DNA of 64,000 nucleotides from Methanomicrobiales archaeon (GTDB lineage Archaea; Halobacteriota; Methanomicrobia; Methanomicrobiales; JACTUA01): NCBI GenBank assembly GCA_015660865.1, contig JACTUA010000006.1, positions 151,777 to 215,776 of the forward strand, read 5' to 3'. Shown piece by piece: positions 63,662 to 64,000 of this stretch (position 1 is its first letter; each line of letters starts with the position of its first letter). The notes under the pieces were generated by a model. It saw only the letters and a program-made list of their open reading frames with translations, ran no database searches and was not told where the DNA came from. The position numbers and the translations under genes were made by a program.

Positions 63662-63924
63662 TCCTCCAGCCACCTCCAGCAAAGGCCGATCATCCCGCAC
63701 AACGTCGAGTCAGTCATGCACCGGCCGCAGGGCATCGCCACGACCCCGAAGATCGGGGAGAGGTCGATCACTGGTTCGTAGTGCCCGCACCCAGGATCCG
63801 CCGTCCCGTCGCACGGTTTCGCGCACGGATCAAGGGTACAGAACTCGCTCCCTTTCACATCCTGGAGTCGCCCCTCCTTCATCCGCTGCCGCTCAGCTTT
63901 CGAGTGTCGGCATCTTCCGGTCAT
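63658..63924 (-). CDS. Cys-rich small protein upstream of the replicase (frame stays open to the window edge, so the start is uncertain)
   Basis: 88 aa from the ATG at 63924, with 11 Cys (CTLDPCAKPCDG...PGCGH...MPCGRCM...LCGMIGLCW). It is translationally coupled to the replicase. Confidence 0.45.
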   Translation of the reverse strand: MTGRCRHSKAERQRMKEGRLQDVKGSEFCTLDPCAKPCDGTADPGCGHYEPVIDLSPIFGVVAMPCGRCMTDSTLCGMIGLCWRWLEE

Positions 63925-64000
63925 GCCCTCGCCCCCTGTCGCTGTCGCTTCTCGGGCTTGCGCTTCGCCTTCGGATCCTGCCCGCTTGGGGTGTGGTGCT

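Larger units (their letters stand above)
54120..64000. mobile_element. Putative integrated mobile genetic element (provirus or integrative plasmid), right end beyond window, borders unresolved
   Basis: Gene content switches to ORFans plus a plasmid/virus-type Prim-Pol replicase. There are small HTH/RHH regulators, tightly coupled ORFs, an AT-rich core at 60.15-61.15 kb, and an iteron-like inverted repeat. No integrase or att repeat is visible in the window. Confidence 0.6.

Noticed and set aside
1-64000. Scan for CRISPR arrays, rRNA genes, IS elements with transposases, retrons/DGRs and known defence-system genes.
   Set aside because: I saw no regularly spaced direct repeats and no rRNA-like sequence. 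I also saw no transposase, reverse transcriptase, Cas or restriction-modification motifs in any frame.

Overview
This 64 kb window is GC-rich archaeal DNA. Its gene content indicates a hydrogenotrophic, formate-using methanogen, most likely of the Methanomicrobiales. All calls rest on motif and family recognition by eye, because no database search was possible.

Positions 1-54.1 kb are densely packed chromosomal genes:
- Lipid genes: carS and a Tes/GDGT-MAS-like radical SAM gene.
- Housekeeping and maturation genes: dnaG, pyrC, hypE/hypA, and a double-cubane/2-hydroxyacyl-CoA-dehydratase-like pair.
- A roughly 20 kb concentration of molybdenum/tungsten enzyme, cofactor and transport genes: fmdE-like, fdhAB, moeA, a fused DsrEFH-like protein, fwdG-like plus fwdDBAC, fdhD, mobB, modCBA and mop.
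- Further genes: hypC, tRNA-Ser(UGA), cobY/cobD, cdrS-ftsZ, dph2, hpt, mfnA, ppsA, serA and tRNA-Val(GAC).

From about 54.1 kb to the window edge the content changes to an apparent integrated mobile element that is cut off at 64000. It carries:
- small HTH and RHH regulators;
- a 1285-aa low-complexity giant ORF;
- an AT-rich 1 kb core;
- a Prim-Pol/PriCT/P-loop replicase;
- between the convergent gene ends, two inverted arrays of 3 x TGGCAC (9-bp period) flanking an AT-rich and G-quadruplex-type spacer, which is a candidate origin of replication.

No integrase, capsid or conjugation gene is visible in the window.

Other unexplained structure:
- a three-copy GC-rich extragenic palindromic repeat family (REP/BIME-like) with permuted modules;
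- two paralogous ~170 bp intergenic blocks in front of mop and a neighbouring membrane hydrolase gene;
- a 3 x 12 bp tandem repeat after tRNA-Val;
- a secreted triple-repeat protein.

Many long ORFs in the supplied track are antisense artefacts of the high GC content and were not called.
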